Assembly: GCA_963674705.1 (NCBI GenBank)
Contig: OY771506.1
Coordinates: forward strand, 2,336,001 to 2,400,000
Length of the DNA stretch: 64,000 bases
Source of the DNA: Phycisphaeraceae bacterium
GTDB lineage: Bacteria > Planctomycetota > Phycisphaerae > Phycisphaerales > Phycisphaeraceae
Direction: 5' to 3'
Below are positions 10,049-19,548 of the stretch, one piece after another (the first letter of the stretch is position 1; each line of letters begins with the position of its first letter). Position numbers and translations under genes: made by a program. The notes beneath the pieces were generated by a model. The model was not told the DNA's origin and ran no database searches. It saw nothing but the letters and a program-made list of their open reading frames with translations.

Positions 10049-10870
10049 TCAACTCTTAACCGGCGCCACCACACGTAGCGGGCCCGCGGACACCACCACG
10101 CCGCCCGGCTTCTCGACCGTGATCGCAAAGACTGTTGGCTTGTTGACGTGCAGTTTTGCATCGATTGGGACGATCACTTCACCATCTTCATTGACATCGA
10201 ACACGCCGCCGTCCACCGGGTGACTGTCGACATCAGGATCGACGATCCAGAGCTGGTACTGTTGCACATCCGGGTCATTGACGGGCATGCCGACCAGGCG
10301 CATGTATCCTTGCTGTTTGTTATCCGACCAGACGACGTCGCCCTTGACCTGGCCATAGACCGGGTCATCAGATTCGACCCATACGCTGCGGATCAAATCA
10401 TCGGCTTGTGTCAGCAACTGCTGGCGTTGGGACGCGAAGCCGGAAGGCGTCTGATTGACCGACATCGCCAGCCACGCCGTTACTGAGATCGCGAGCACGG
10501 CCGCTGCTGCGAGCCAGCCCCACGCCGGATGATGCAGCCCGCTCGATGTCTGGGCTTGATGTTTCTTGAACGATAGGGCAGGTGCTCGATCTGCTGTATC
10601 CGACTTCGACGCTATTTTCGCTTCACCCACCGCGATCAACTTCTCGCTTAGGGATTCGGGCATCGGTTCCAATTCGATTTCAGCCTGCATATCAAACACC
10701 TGATAAGCCGCCGCGGCCGCCAGTTCCAGCTCCTCCAGGTCCTCGCCCGATTCCGCCAGTTCGATCAAGGCATCCAGTTCTTCAACTTGTGATACGTCCA
10801 GCCCGGCTCCGGCCTGTTCAGCCAGCAACTCAAGCAGCCGTTCCTCATGGTTGTGTGCATGGTTTGTCAT
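10049..10870 (-). CDS. Anti-sigma factor, RskA family
   Basis: Single TM; QYQLWI, GGVF, FAITVEKPGG RskA C-terminal motifs; overlaps the sigma stop codon. Confidence 0.88.
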   Translation of the reverse strand: MTNHAHNHEERLLELLAEQAGAGLDVSQVEELDALIELAESGEDLEELELAAAAAYQVFDMQAEIELEPMPESLSEKLIAVGEAKIASKSDTADRAPALSFKKHQAQTSSGLHHPAWGWLAAAAVLAISVTAWLAMSVNQTPSGFASQRQQLLTQADDLIRSVWVESDDPVYGQVKGDVVWSDNKQQGYMRLVGMPVNDPDVQQYQLWIVDPDVDSHPVDGGVFDVNEDGEVIVPIDAKLHVNKPTVFAITVEKPGGVVVSAGPLRVVAPVKS

Positions 10871-11430
10871 GCCGACACCTCGCTTCCCATGACCGTGTCT
10901 GCCTGGATCGCTTCACGGAGTTTGATTAGCCCCCGCCGGGCATGGGTCTTCACCGTCCCGAGCGGGATCCTTAACTTCTCTGCGATCTGCGAATGCGTCA
11001 GACCGCCACAGATCGAATGCTTGATGACCTGCTGTTGTGCTTCGGGCAGCGTGCGCATCGCGTTTTTTGCTTTGCGTACGGTCTCGTCCTTCTCAAGCTT
11101 GTCTGAATCCGATTCGGTGACTTCACTGGAAGCATCCAACGGTACGGTTGGCACCTGTCTGCCTTGTTTTCGTAGCCGATCAATCAGACGCCGTCTTGCG
11201 ATCATCACCACGAACGTCTTTTCCGATGCCTTGCTTGGATCGAATCGTGCCGCCTTCTCCCATAGTTCAACAAAAACGTCCTGTACAGCGTCCTCCGCCT
11301 CGGTCCGACTAGGGCTGTATCGCCTGGCCAGCGACCAGAGCAGCGACTTGTACTGAACAACAAAAACGCGCACCGCGGACTTATCGCCCGCGGCTACGCG
11401 CTGTAATGTTGTTGACACGGTCTCGGTCAA
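10867..11430 (-). CDS. ECF RNA polymerase sigma factor (SigK-like); likely TTG start at 11430
   Basis: AEDAVQDVFVELW, IARRRLIDRLR, PLGTVKTHARRG. Confidence 0.9.
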   Translation of the reverse strand: MTETVSTTLQRVAAGDKSAVRVFVVQYKSLLWSLARRYSPSRTEAEDAVQDVFVELWEKAARFDPSKASEKTFVVMIARRRLIDRLRKQGRQVPTVPLDASSEVTESDSDKLEKDETVRKAKNAMRTLPEAQQQVIKHSICGGLTHSQIAEKLRIPLGTVKTHARRGLIKLREAIQADTVMGSEVSA

Positions 11431-11523
11431 GTTTCTGCTCCGTGGCCCGCCTGACTGTCGCATGCTCCTGTCAATAAGCATGCTTGTGTGACTGGCTAAT
11501 GATAGGCTGGCCATTGTGAAGTC

Positions 11524-12540
11524 TTACTCGCTACGCATGGTCATGGCGCTGTTCGCACCGGCGTTGGCGGACTTGGCTTCCGGCAGGATCACCTTGTTGA
11601 TCACATGAATCACGCCGTTGCTCGTGTCAATGTCCGCAGAGACAACTTGTGCGTCGTTCACATAGATCTTACCGTCTTCGGAGCGGGTCGTGATGCTCTG
11701 GCCTTGAAGCGTGTCCACGGTAGCGCCCTTCGCGGCCGTATCGGAGAAGACCCGGCCAGGCACGACGTGGTACTTGAGTACCGCCGTGAGTTTGTCCTTG
11801 TTCTCAGGCATCAGCAGGCTCTCGACCGTGCCCTCGGGCAGTGCCGCGAATGCTTCGTCGGTCGGGGCAAAGACCGTGAATGGCCCGTCGCTCTGTAGCG
11901 CCTCAAGCAGGCCCGCAGCCTTCAGTGCCGCAGCCAGTGTGTTGAACGAACCGGCTTCTACCGCTGTTGCAACGATGTCGCTGCTGCTCGGCAAAATGAC
12001 CGAATCGATCACATGCACCGTACCGTTGCTGGCCTTGATGTCGGTCGCGACGATCTTAGCGCCATCGATGAAAGCGCCATTATCGTTGACCGTAATGTCT
12101 ACACGCTGTCCATTGAGTGTGTCCAGAGCGTCTGCCTTGGTCACTTTCTTAGCCTTGAGGTCTCCCGGTACGACGTGGTATGTCAGGATCGAAGCGAGCA
12201 CGGCCTTGTTCTCGGGCTTGAGTAGTTCCTTGATCTTCGCATCACCTAGCTTGGCGAAGGCTTCGTCGCTGGGGGCGAAGACTGTGATCGGTCCGTCACC
12301 CTTCAGAGCATCGACCAACCCGGCTGCCTCAGCCGCGGCGAGCAGTGTGTTGAAAGTTCCTGCTTCGGAAGCGACTTCTACGATGTCGCCACGATCTGCT
12401 TCAGCTTTGTGTGTGCTGGCGGCAGTCTTCTCGTAGCTGCTGCATTGAGCCAGGCTGGGGCTGGTAAATCCTGCGATCGCCAGGCCTGCAATAGCCGCAA
12501 CGAGCGCACCGGTAGTGTTGTTCTTCATAAACATTTTCAT
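11524..12540 (-). CDS. Secreted protein with two fasciclin (FAS1) domains
   Basis: Two repeats of TVFAPxDEAF...YHVVPG...NGxxHVI; signal peptide. Confidence 0.93.
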   Translation of the reverse strand: MKMFMKNNTTGALVAAIAGLAIAGFTSPSLAQCSSYEKTAASTHKAEADRGDIVEVASEAGTFNTLLAAAEAAGLVDALKGDGPITVFAPSDEAFAKLGDAKIKELLKPENKAVLASILTYHVVPGDLKAKKVTKADALDTLNGQRVDITVNDNGAFIDGAKIVATDIKASNGTVHVIDSVILPSSSDIVATAVEAGSFNTLAAALKAAGLLEALQSDGPFTVFAPTDEAFAALPEGTVESLLMPENKDKLTAVLKYHVVPGRVFSDTAAKGATVDTLQGQSITTRSEDGKIYVNDAQVVSADIDTSNGVIHVINKVILPEAKSANAGANSAMTMRSE

Positions 12541-12600
12541 CTCCTGATTCGATTGTCGTTGTTAGTGCCAAACCCGCTTGGGATGGCTGTCGGGTATATA

Positions 12601-12627
12601 TTCGCTCGCATCACCCGATCGGATTCA
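12601..12627 (-). promoter_or_regulatory. Putative SigK-like ECF promoter of the fasciclin-sigma-antisigma operon
   Basis: Minus strand reads TGAATCC-N16-CGAA, about 60 bp upstream of the fasciclin start. Confidence 0.55.
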
Positions 12628-12797
12628 AGCAACCCTAAAAATCTCTGCCTTTGGCCGGGCGAGTGTATCACATCAAAATTTCATAATAACTACGCATTTT
12701 GGCTGTCATAATCCCATTCGGCCCCCGACTTCATGGGTAACACCGGTGAGTTGCCGGTGAAGTCACAAACAAACACACGTAATGAGTGGGGTTAATC

Positions 12798-13109
12798 ATG
12801 GAAAAGACAAATACTTACAAGAAATTATTCATCGCTGGCTCGGTCACGATCTGTGCCGCGTTGGGGTTTTATCTGGCCGCTGACCAGCTCGTGCCGATGG
12901 CGGACACCGCGTTACGCTCGGTCTTTGCCCCGATCCCGGTGCTCTGGATCGCGGCTGGCACGATCACCGCTTTGACGCCCGTCATTACCGGAGTCGCAGG
13001 GGGCCTGATGGCCCGCAAATTCAGCCGACGTCGACCCAAGCCAGCCTCCGAACCGACCAGGCAGCACCAGCATAACTTCGATCCCATGCCCATTGGGACC
13101 GCCGCCTGA
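12798..13109 (+). CDS. Small hypothetical membrane protein
   Basis: Two hydrophobic segments; divergent from the fasciclin gene. Confidence 0.55.
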   Translation: MEKTNTYKKLFIAGSVTICAALGFYLAADQLVPMADTALRSVFAPIPVLWIAAGTITALTPVITGVAGGLMARKFSRRRPKPASEPTRQHQHNFDPMPIGTAA

Positions 13110-13227
13110 TTTAAGCAATTATTTGGCGGGTATTTGCTCGAACCAGCCTAGACACACAATCCTCCCAGCCGGGTCGGGCGACCCCTGACGTTGCCCCGGC
13201 CCGGTCAGTCGTTATCATGATCCGCCT

Positions 13228-14112
13228 ATGGCAAGCGGAACACGTGAAATCAAGGGCCGGATCAAAGCAGTCGGGAATATCCAACGCATCACCAAGACGA
13301 TGCAGATGATTTCCACTGCTCGTTTCCAGGCGATGCAGAAACGGGCGACCGAAGCCCAGCTCTATACCCAGCGGATCAGCGAGATCGTCAGCGAACTCGC
13401 CGCCACACTCAGCCAGTCCGGCGAGGTGTCCGATCCACTACTCAGTGCGCCAAAACCCCCGGTCGGCAAGCAACTGATCCTCGTCATCAGTTCCAACCGC
13501 GGACTCTGCGGCGGCTACAACGCCAACCTGCTCCGCACCGCCATCGCCGAAATCAGGAACGCTCAGAACGCCGCCGTCGAAGTAGTCGGCAAGAAAGCCA
13601 ACAGCTACTTCAAGTTCACAGGCATTCAAGTTGACTCGTTCCACAGCCACATCGACGACAAGCCGGAATACGCCGATGTCGAGCGTCTGGCTGAGCAATA
13701 CATGCACGACTTCACCGAGGGTAAATACGACTCGGTCAAGGTGATCTACACCGCATTCGTGACGATGTCCCGCCAGGAACCTCGCGTGCGCCAACTGCTC
13801 CCGATGGAGCCGCCAGCTGCGGAAGAAGGCGAAAAGAAAGCCGCTGGCCCTGAGATTGTTTATGACTTCTCACCCGAGCCGGAAGAACTGCTGGCAGAGC
13901 TTCTGCCTATTACAGTCAAGACCAGCCTTTTCCAATGCTTCAACGAAGCGACCGTAAGTGAGCAGCTCTCACGCATGATCGCCATGAAGGCCGCGACCGA
14001 CGCCGCCGGCAAGATGCAGAAGTCGCTCAAGCGCAAGTTCAACCGCGCTCGCCAGACGGCCATCACCACGGAACTGAGCGAAATCATCAGCGGCGCCGCG
14101 GCATTAGGATGA
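13228..14112 (+). CDS. atpG: ATP synthase F1 gamma subunit
   Basis: ITKTMQMIS, SNRGLCGGYN, SEQLSRMIAM, NRARQTAITTELSEI. Confidence 0.96.
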   Translation: MASGTREIKGRIKAVGNIQRITKTMQMISTARFQAMQKRATEAQLYTQRISEIVSELAATLSQSGEVSDPLLSAPKPPVGKQLILVISSNRGLCGGYNANLLRTAIAEIRNAQNAAVEVVGKKANSYFKFTGIQVDSFHSHIDDKPEYADVERLAEQYMHDFTEGKYDSVKVIYTAFVTMSRQEPRVRQLLPMEPPAAEEGEKKAAGPEIVYDFSPEPEELLAELLPITVKTSLFQCFNEATVSEQLSRMIAMKAATDAAGKMQKSLKRKFNRARQTAITTELSEIISGAAALG

Positions 14113-14123
14113 TCCGTACCCCC

Positions 14124-14148
14124 GTTTAGCGGGCGAGCTTGCTCGCCC
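14124..14148 (+). repeat. REP-like TAGC-hairpin
   Basis: GTTTAGC-GGGCGAG-CTTG-CTCGCCC; related hairpins at 29192, 35926, 62111. Confidence 0.6.
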
Positions 14149-14184
14149 ATTGCGGCGCAAGCCCTGCGGCTATCACCATCATTA

Positions 14185-16065
14185 TCAAGTCCGCCCGAAC
14201 TGTTTTTCCAGATCCTTCAGGCTCAGCCGCAGCGTTGTCGGCCGGCCGTGCGGGCAGTTACTGGAACGTTCGATCTCCTGTCGCTTGGCCAGTAACGCAG
14301 AAAGCTCTTCTTCGGTCATCTTGTCCCCGGCTTTGACCGCCGCTTTGCACGACATCATGTCCAGCACTTCGTGTAGCGCCGCTTCTTCCGCGTTCGGGTT
14401 GCTGATATCCAACTGACCCGACTCGGCCTTATGGACAAGATCATTGATGAAAGGCTCTGGCTCAACGTTACGTTCAAACAAAAACGATGGAAACGCCTGC
14501 ACCGCCACCGCGTCCGGCCCGACCGAACCCAACTCGACGCCAATCTTCGCAAGCAGCGGCTGCATCTCTTCAAGCATCGCTTGCTTTTCGGCGTCCGCAT
14601 CCAGAATCACCGGCATCAGCAGACGTTGACTTTCCAACGGCTTGCCCTCACCCAGCACACGCTTACGCAAAGTCTCAAACATCACACGTTCATGCAGCGC
14701 GTGCTGATCAACAATAACTAATCCATCATCATCCTGGGCTACCAGGTAGCTTTTGTGCACCTGAAGAACGGACTGAGACCTGAGGGGTGATGCCTGGCTG
14801 GGTGTGTCAATGGTGGGGGGGATGAGAGGTTCCTCTTCATCGTTAATTGCTGACGGGTCCTCTTCCACCAGCGCCTTGCGCACTTCCTGATAGGCAAAAC
14901 CCTTCTGCTTCGGGTCCATCCGCTTGAAGAAGTCGACGAACGCGTCGGTGGTCACCTGAGGCGAAAGGTTTGAATCTTGAGCTGTTGGAGACAGGCTTGA
15001 GTCTTGGGGTTTGAAGCTCGGGTAGTTGCTGAAACTGGCCGAGGGCGTCAGGTCACCGCCTAATAAACGTTGACGTACCGCCGAGAGCACCAGCCCGTGT
15101 ACATGCGATGGATTGCGGAAACGCACCTCCGCTTTCGTTGGGTGTACGTTCACATCCACCGCGTGCGGATCGATCTCTAACAGCACCACCGCCACCGGGA
15201 ACTTATCCATCGGCATCAACCCACGGTACGCTTCCTTCACCGCGTGTGTCAGGTTGCGGTCCTTGATCGGTCGGCCGTTCACGCAAAGGTACAACCCCTT
15301 GCCCGTCTGACGTGCAATCGAAGGCTGTCCCGCCAAACCCCACACCCGCGCGCCGCCACGGTCCGGCAAATCGATGTGCTCAAACTCCATGAACGCATCT
15401 TCGCTGTCCTTACCGCCGAGCAATTGCGAGCAGCGCTGCGCCCGGTCGTCGTCGGTCGGCATGTCGTACGTCGTCTTGCCGTTGTGCGATAGTTTGAACG
15501 CAACGCCGTGATGCACCATCGCGATGCGCGTCAGTGTGTCATTAATATGGCCGAACTCGGTCGGCGCGGTCCGCAGGAATTTTCGACGTGCCGGTGTATT
15601 GAAGAACAGGTCACGCACCTCAATCACCGTGCCCGGCGAACCCGCGCTCGGTGTAACCTCACTCACCTGGTCGCCCACAACCTCCAGCGCCGCTGCCGCC
15701 TCATCCGTCTGCCCCTCGCGCGTCGCCCGGCTGGTGATCTTCAACCGACTCACGCTCGCGATCGATGCCAGCGCTTCACCGCGGAAACCCAGCGTTCCGA
15801 TCGCCGCGAGTTGTTCGGCCGCGGTCAGCTTGCTCGTGGCGTGTGGCTCAACCGCCAGCGTCAACTCCTCCGGCGGGATACCCGTGCCGTTATCGCTGAT
15901 ACGGATCAGTTGCCGTCCGCCGTCCTCCACCGCGACTTCGATCCGTGTCGCCCCCGCATCGAGGCTGTTTTCCACCAGTTCCTTCACGACAGACGCGGGC
16001 CGTTCAATCACCTCCCCCGCGGCGATCTGATTGATGAGCATTTTGGGCAACTTACGAATCGGCAT
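14185..16065 (-). CDS. mutL: DNA mismatch repair endonuclease MutL
   Basis: IAAGEVIERP, GFRGEAL, DVNVHPTK, DQHALHER, SCK, CPHGRP. Confidence 0.97.
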   Translation of the reverse strand: MPIRKLPKMLINQIAAGEVIERPASVVKELVENSLDAGATRIEVAVEDGGRQLIRISDNGTGIPPEELTLAVEPHATSKLTAAEQLAAIGTLGFRGEALASIASVSRLKITSRATREGQTDEAAAALEVVGDQVSEVTPSAGSPGTVIEVRDLFFNTPARRKFLRTAPTEFGHINDTLTRIAMVHHGVAFKLSHNGKTTYDMPTDDDRAQRCSQLLGGKDSEDAFMEFEHIDLPDRGGARVWGLAGQPSIARQTGKGLYLCVNGRPIKDRNLTHAVKEAYRGLMPMDKFPVAVVLLEIDPHAVDVNVHPTKAEVRFRNPSHVHGLVLSAVRQRLLGGDLTPSASFSNYPSFKPQDSSLSPTAQDSNLSPQVTTDAFVDFFKRMDPKQKGFAYQEVRKALVEEDPSAINDEEEPLIPPTIDTPSQASPLRSQSVLQVHKSYLVAQDDDGLVIVDQHALHERVMFETLRKRVLGEGKPLESQRLLMPVILDADAEKQAMLEEMQPLLAKIGVELGSVGPDAVAVQAFPSFLFERNVEPEPFINDLVHKAESGQLDISNPNAEEAALHEVLDMMSCKAAVKAGDKMTEEELSALLAKRQEIERSSNCPHGRPTTLRLSLKDLEKQFGRT

Positions 16066-16111
16066 CGGGGTATCGTAGCACGCCTAAGCGGCCAGCGATA
16101 TACTCCCGAAC

Positions 16112-16753
16112 ATGAAGTTAAAACCCGGCTCTACCGTCCTTTTTCAGGGTGATTCCATCACCGACGCCAACCGCGATCGCAACCTGAAAACCCCCAATGA
16201 ACCCGCCGCCCTCGGACACGGCTACGTCTTCCACGTCTCCGCCGAACTGATGTTCAAGTACCCCGATCTGGATCTTAAGTTCTACGATCGCGGCATCAGT
16301 GGCGACAAGGTCTTCCAACTCGCCGACCGCTGGAAAGAAGACTGCCTGGACATCAAGCCCCACGTCCTCAGCATCATGGTCGGCATCAACGACTACTGGC
16401 ACCTGCGCACCAGCGGCTATGGCGGAACCATCGAAGATTATGAAACCAGCTACGATAATCTTCTAGAACGCACGCACACCGAGCTGCCCGATGTGCAATT
16501 CATCCTCGGCGAACCTTTCTTATTAGAAGCCGGCGACTTCCAACCAGAACACCTCGAAGCATTCGCCGCCTATCGTCGAGCCGCACAGCGCTTAGCAAAA
16601 AAACACAACGCCATCTGGGTGCCATATCAACAGGCGTTTGATGATGCACTCAAACAAGCCCCGGGCGACTACTGGACACGCGACGGCGTCCACCCGACCC
16701 TGGCCGGCCACATGCTCATGGCCAAGACATGGCTCGATACCGTCGATCTGTAA
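16112..16753 (+). CDS. SGNH/GDSL hydrolase
   Basis: GDSIT, GISG, GIND, DGVHP blocks. Confidence 0.92.
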   Translation: MKLKPGSTVLFQGDSITDANRDRNLKTPNEPAALGHGYVFHVSAELMFKYPDLDLKFYDRGISGDKVFQLADRWKEDCLDIKPHVLSIMVGINDYWHLRTSGYGGTIEDYETSYDNLLERTHTELPDVQFILGEPFLLEAGDFQPEHLEAFAAYRRAAQRLAKKHNAIWVPYQQAFDDALKQAPGDYWTRDGVHPTLAGHMLMAKTWLDTVDL

Positions 16754-16863
16754 AACTACTTATTTTTACAACCCTCGAGTTTTTATGCTCGCATTTTGAT
16801 GGGCCCTTGTGCTACAATCGGAGCACCGAGGATTTTTACTTCTTCACCTACAAGGGGGCACTT

Positions 16864-17853
16864 ATGTTCCGATCACTTTTCGCAGCCGTATCTGTTGTTG
16901 CACTTTCTCAACCCGCATTTGCGACGATCACGATTGATGTTGATACCACCACCACGACCGGTATGGTCGCCAACGATCTGCTGGTCACCACGACGAACAA
17001 GTGGTTTGGCGCCCAGATCGTGGTGGATCTGACACAGGGATCGGTGATCAATCTCCTACCTACGTCCGGCGGGATTGATACAGCCCCCATAATCAATCTG
17101 CCCACTTTTGACTTCGATACCTACATCGGTCGAATCGGAACCACGACCGAGCCGATGGGTGGCGCGGTCGAGTTGGGTGGGGGTGATTTTGATCTGATGG
17201 GCCCCAGCAGTATCAGCGCCTCCTGGTATGAGAAAAGCTCAACCGGGCCTATCTCAAATGCCAGCGTTGGCCAGTTCGTTTTTAGCGACGACGCCCAAGG
17301 CACCTGGTCGCTGGGTGTGCTTGAAACAGACACCTATCAAGTCAAATACTTAGGTGGCACTATTCAAGACGGCGTGCTGCGCGCCGACTTTAATCCCGGG
17401 GATATCAACCTCGACAACTACGTCGGGCTTGAAGATTTAGACTTCATTCTGGATTATTGGAATACGATCCCGGGTGATCACCCAACGATTTACCCACCGC
17501 TCGGTGATTACATCGGGCTTGATGACCTTGACGTTGTCCTCAACAATTGGAATGCGGGTGAACTTCAGATGCCTTGGGACCTACCGCAAGAACTGCCGGG
17601 TGATCTGAACGGTGATGGTTTTGTCGCACTAGATGATGTGGATATCATCTTACAACATCACTACCGGTACGTGACGCCGGGCGATTTATTGTCCGGTGAC
17701 GCCTCCGGCGATGGCTTTGTCGGGATGGATGACTACAACATCGTCCTCGCTCATTGGAATTCCGGCAGCCCGCCAATCACTGTCGTACCCGAGCCGGCTT
17801 CACTTGCAATATTGCTGGCTGGTGGGCTTGTATTCTGTAAACGCAAAGTCTGA
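16864..17853 (+). CDS. PEP-CTERM surface protein with dockerin-like Ca-binding repeats
   Basis: Signal peptide; four GDxxxDxxVxxxD-type repeats; VPEPASL-TM-KRK. Confidence 0.85.
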   Translation: MFRSLFAAVSVVALSQPAFATITIDVDTTTTTGMVANDLLVTTTNKWFGAQIVVDLTQGSVINLLPTSGGIDTAPIINLPTFDFDTYIGRIGTTTEPMGGAVELGGGDFDLMGPSSISASWYEKSSTGPISNASVGQFVFSDDAQGTWSLGVLETDTYQVKYLGGTIQDGVLRADFNPGDINLDNYVGLEDLDFILDYWNTIPGDHPTIYPPLGDYIGLDDLDVVLNNWNAGELQMPWDLPQELPGDLNGDGFVALDDVDIILQHHYRYVTPGDLLSGDASGDGFVGMDDYNIVLAHWNSGSPPITVVPEPASLAILLAGGLVFCKRKV

Positions 17854-17886
17854 GCCGATCCAAAATCACGCTATGCTGTAGCGTGT

Positions 17887-18741
17887 ATGGCCCAAACCCT
17901 TAACGACATCAAGAACCTGCTCGCCGCGCACGGCCTGCATCCGAAAAAACGTTTCGGGCAGAACTTCCTGCATGATGGCAACCACATGCAGCGCATTATG
18001 CAGGCCGCCGACATCAGGCCCGGCCAGCTTGTTCTTGAAGTCGGCCCAGGCACCGGCGCGCTCACCGAACGCCTGCTCGAAGCCGGCGCAGATGTTCTTG
18101 CCGTCGAAATAGATGAAGATATGCAACCGATCCTGCAAGAGCGAACAAAACCTTACGCCGACCACTTCCGGTTACACCTCGGCGACATCCTCGAATCCAA
18201 ACACACTCTCAACCCCGACGTCATCGAACTACTTGAATCATTTTTTCCCGATACCCGATACCCGACACCCGATACCCGATCCTACAAACTCATCGCCAAC
18301 CTTCCTTACAACATCGCTTCACCATTGCTTATCAATCTCGCGGTCGATCACCTGCAGATGACGACTGCCATCATCATGGTCCAGCGCGAAGTTGCCGACC
18401 GGATTACGGCTAAGTCAGGCGGTAAAGACTACGGCCCGCTCAGCGTGATTCTCCAGGCCATGTGTGAGGTCGACATCGTCGGCACGCTTTCGCCCGCATG
18501 CTTCTGGCCCGCGCCGAAAGTCGCTTCCGCGGTCGTTCGGATGATAAGACGGGCAAACCCGCTGACGGATGATCCCGGCAAACTCAGCAATCTACTGCAA
18601 AAACTCTTCCAGAAACGCCGCAAACAGCTCGGAGCGATCCTCGGCCGAGATACCGCGTTACCCGAGGGCATCGATCCCAATGCCCGGCCGGAATCGCTTT
18701 CCGTGGAACAGTTTTCAGTGCTCGCCGGTTATTTGGGTTGA
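17887..18741 (+). CDS. rsmA: 16S rRNA m6(2)A dimethyltransferase RsmA/KsgA
   Basis: KKRFGQNFL, LEVGPGTGALT, ANLPYNI, MVQREVADRI, FWPAPKV. Confidence 0.95.
   Translation: MAQTLNDIKNLLAAHGLHPKKRFGQNFLHDGNHMQRIMQAADIRPGQLVLEVGPGTGALTERLLEAGADVLAVEIDEDMQPILQERTKPYADHFRLHLGDILESKHTLNPDVIELLESFFPDTRYPTPDTRSYKLIANLPYNIASPLLINLAVDHLQMTTAIIMVQREVADRITAKSGGKDYGPLSVILQAMCEVDIVGTLSPACFWPAPKVASAVVRMIRRANPLTDDPGKLSNLLQKLFQKRRKQLGAILGRDTALPEGIDPNARPESLSVEQFSVLAGYLG
18247..18281 (+). repeat. Five CCCGATA-type units inside rsmA, encoding PDTRYPTPDTRS
   Basis: CCCGATA CCCGATA CCCGACA CCCGATA CCCGATC. Confidence 0.85.
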
Positions 18742-18801
18742 TCGGCGGCGGCGGGTCGCCTACCTTTAAATGCTTGGCCCAAACCTCCACGAGGACACCG
18801 T

Positions 18802-19548
18802 ATGCTCGTATGCAATGACCAGCCGCGAATCATCGTCACCATCCCGGTTTACAACGAACAGAAGTACGTCAATCGCGTGTTGGAAAAGGTCCGCGACTAC
18901 GCTGAGCACATCCTCGTGATCGATGACGGCTCAACCGACGACACGCCGACGCTGCTCGCCAAACAACCTGTCGACGTCATCCGCCACGCTGAAAACCGCG
19001 GCTACGGCCGTTCGATCCGCGACGCCTTCCGACACGCACAGTGCTACAAGTACGATTGGCTGATCACGATGGATTGCGACGAGCAGCACGAACCGGAAAG
19101 CCTGCCCGACTTTTACGAAGCCATCAAACAGGATGATGCCGACATCATCTCCGGCAGCCGATACCTGGGATGCGAAGGTTGTGGAGACCCGCCGCCGGAA
19201 GATCGTCGCGCGATCAACACTCAAATCACCGGAATGATCAACCGCTGCCTCGGCCTTGAGCTTACCGATGCGTTTTGCGGGTACAAAGCCTATCGCGTCT
19301 CCACGCTCAAGTACATGCACATCGACGAGACCGGTTACGCGGTACCGCTGCAGGCCTGGGTCATGGCCGCCGCCGCCGACCTGCGCATCAAGGAGATACC
19401 GATCAACCTGATCTACAACGATCCGAATCGCAGTTTTGGCGGACCGCTCGATGATGCGGATCATCGGCTTCAACATTACAAGGAAGTCTTCCGAACCGAA
19501 TTGGCCAAGCACCCCGACAAGTTCGCCCCCTGTACCGCTTCGGTATGA
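18802..19548 (+). CDS. Glycosyltransferase family 2 (DPM1-like)
   Basis: IPVYNE, IDDGSTD, NRGYG, MDCD, GSRY, TDAFCGYKAY. Confidence 0.9.
   Translation: MLVCNDQPRIIVTIPVYNEQKYVNRVLEKVRDYAEHILVIDDGSTDDTPTLLAKQPVDVIRHAENRGYGRSIRDAFRHAQCYKYDWLITMDCDEQHEPESLPDFYEAIKQDDADIISGSRYLGCEGCGDPPPEDRRAINTQITGMINRCLGLELTDAFCGYKAYRVSTLKYMHIDETGYAVPLQAWVMAAAADLRIKEIPINLIYNDPNRSFGGPLDDADHRLQHYKEVFRTELAKHPDKFAPCTASV

Noticed and set aside
16864..17853. Cellulosome component
   Set aside because: Dockerin-like loops on PEP-CTERM proteins are common in this lineage and no cohesin is visible.
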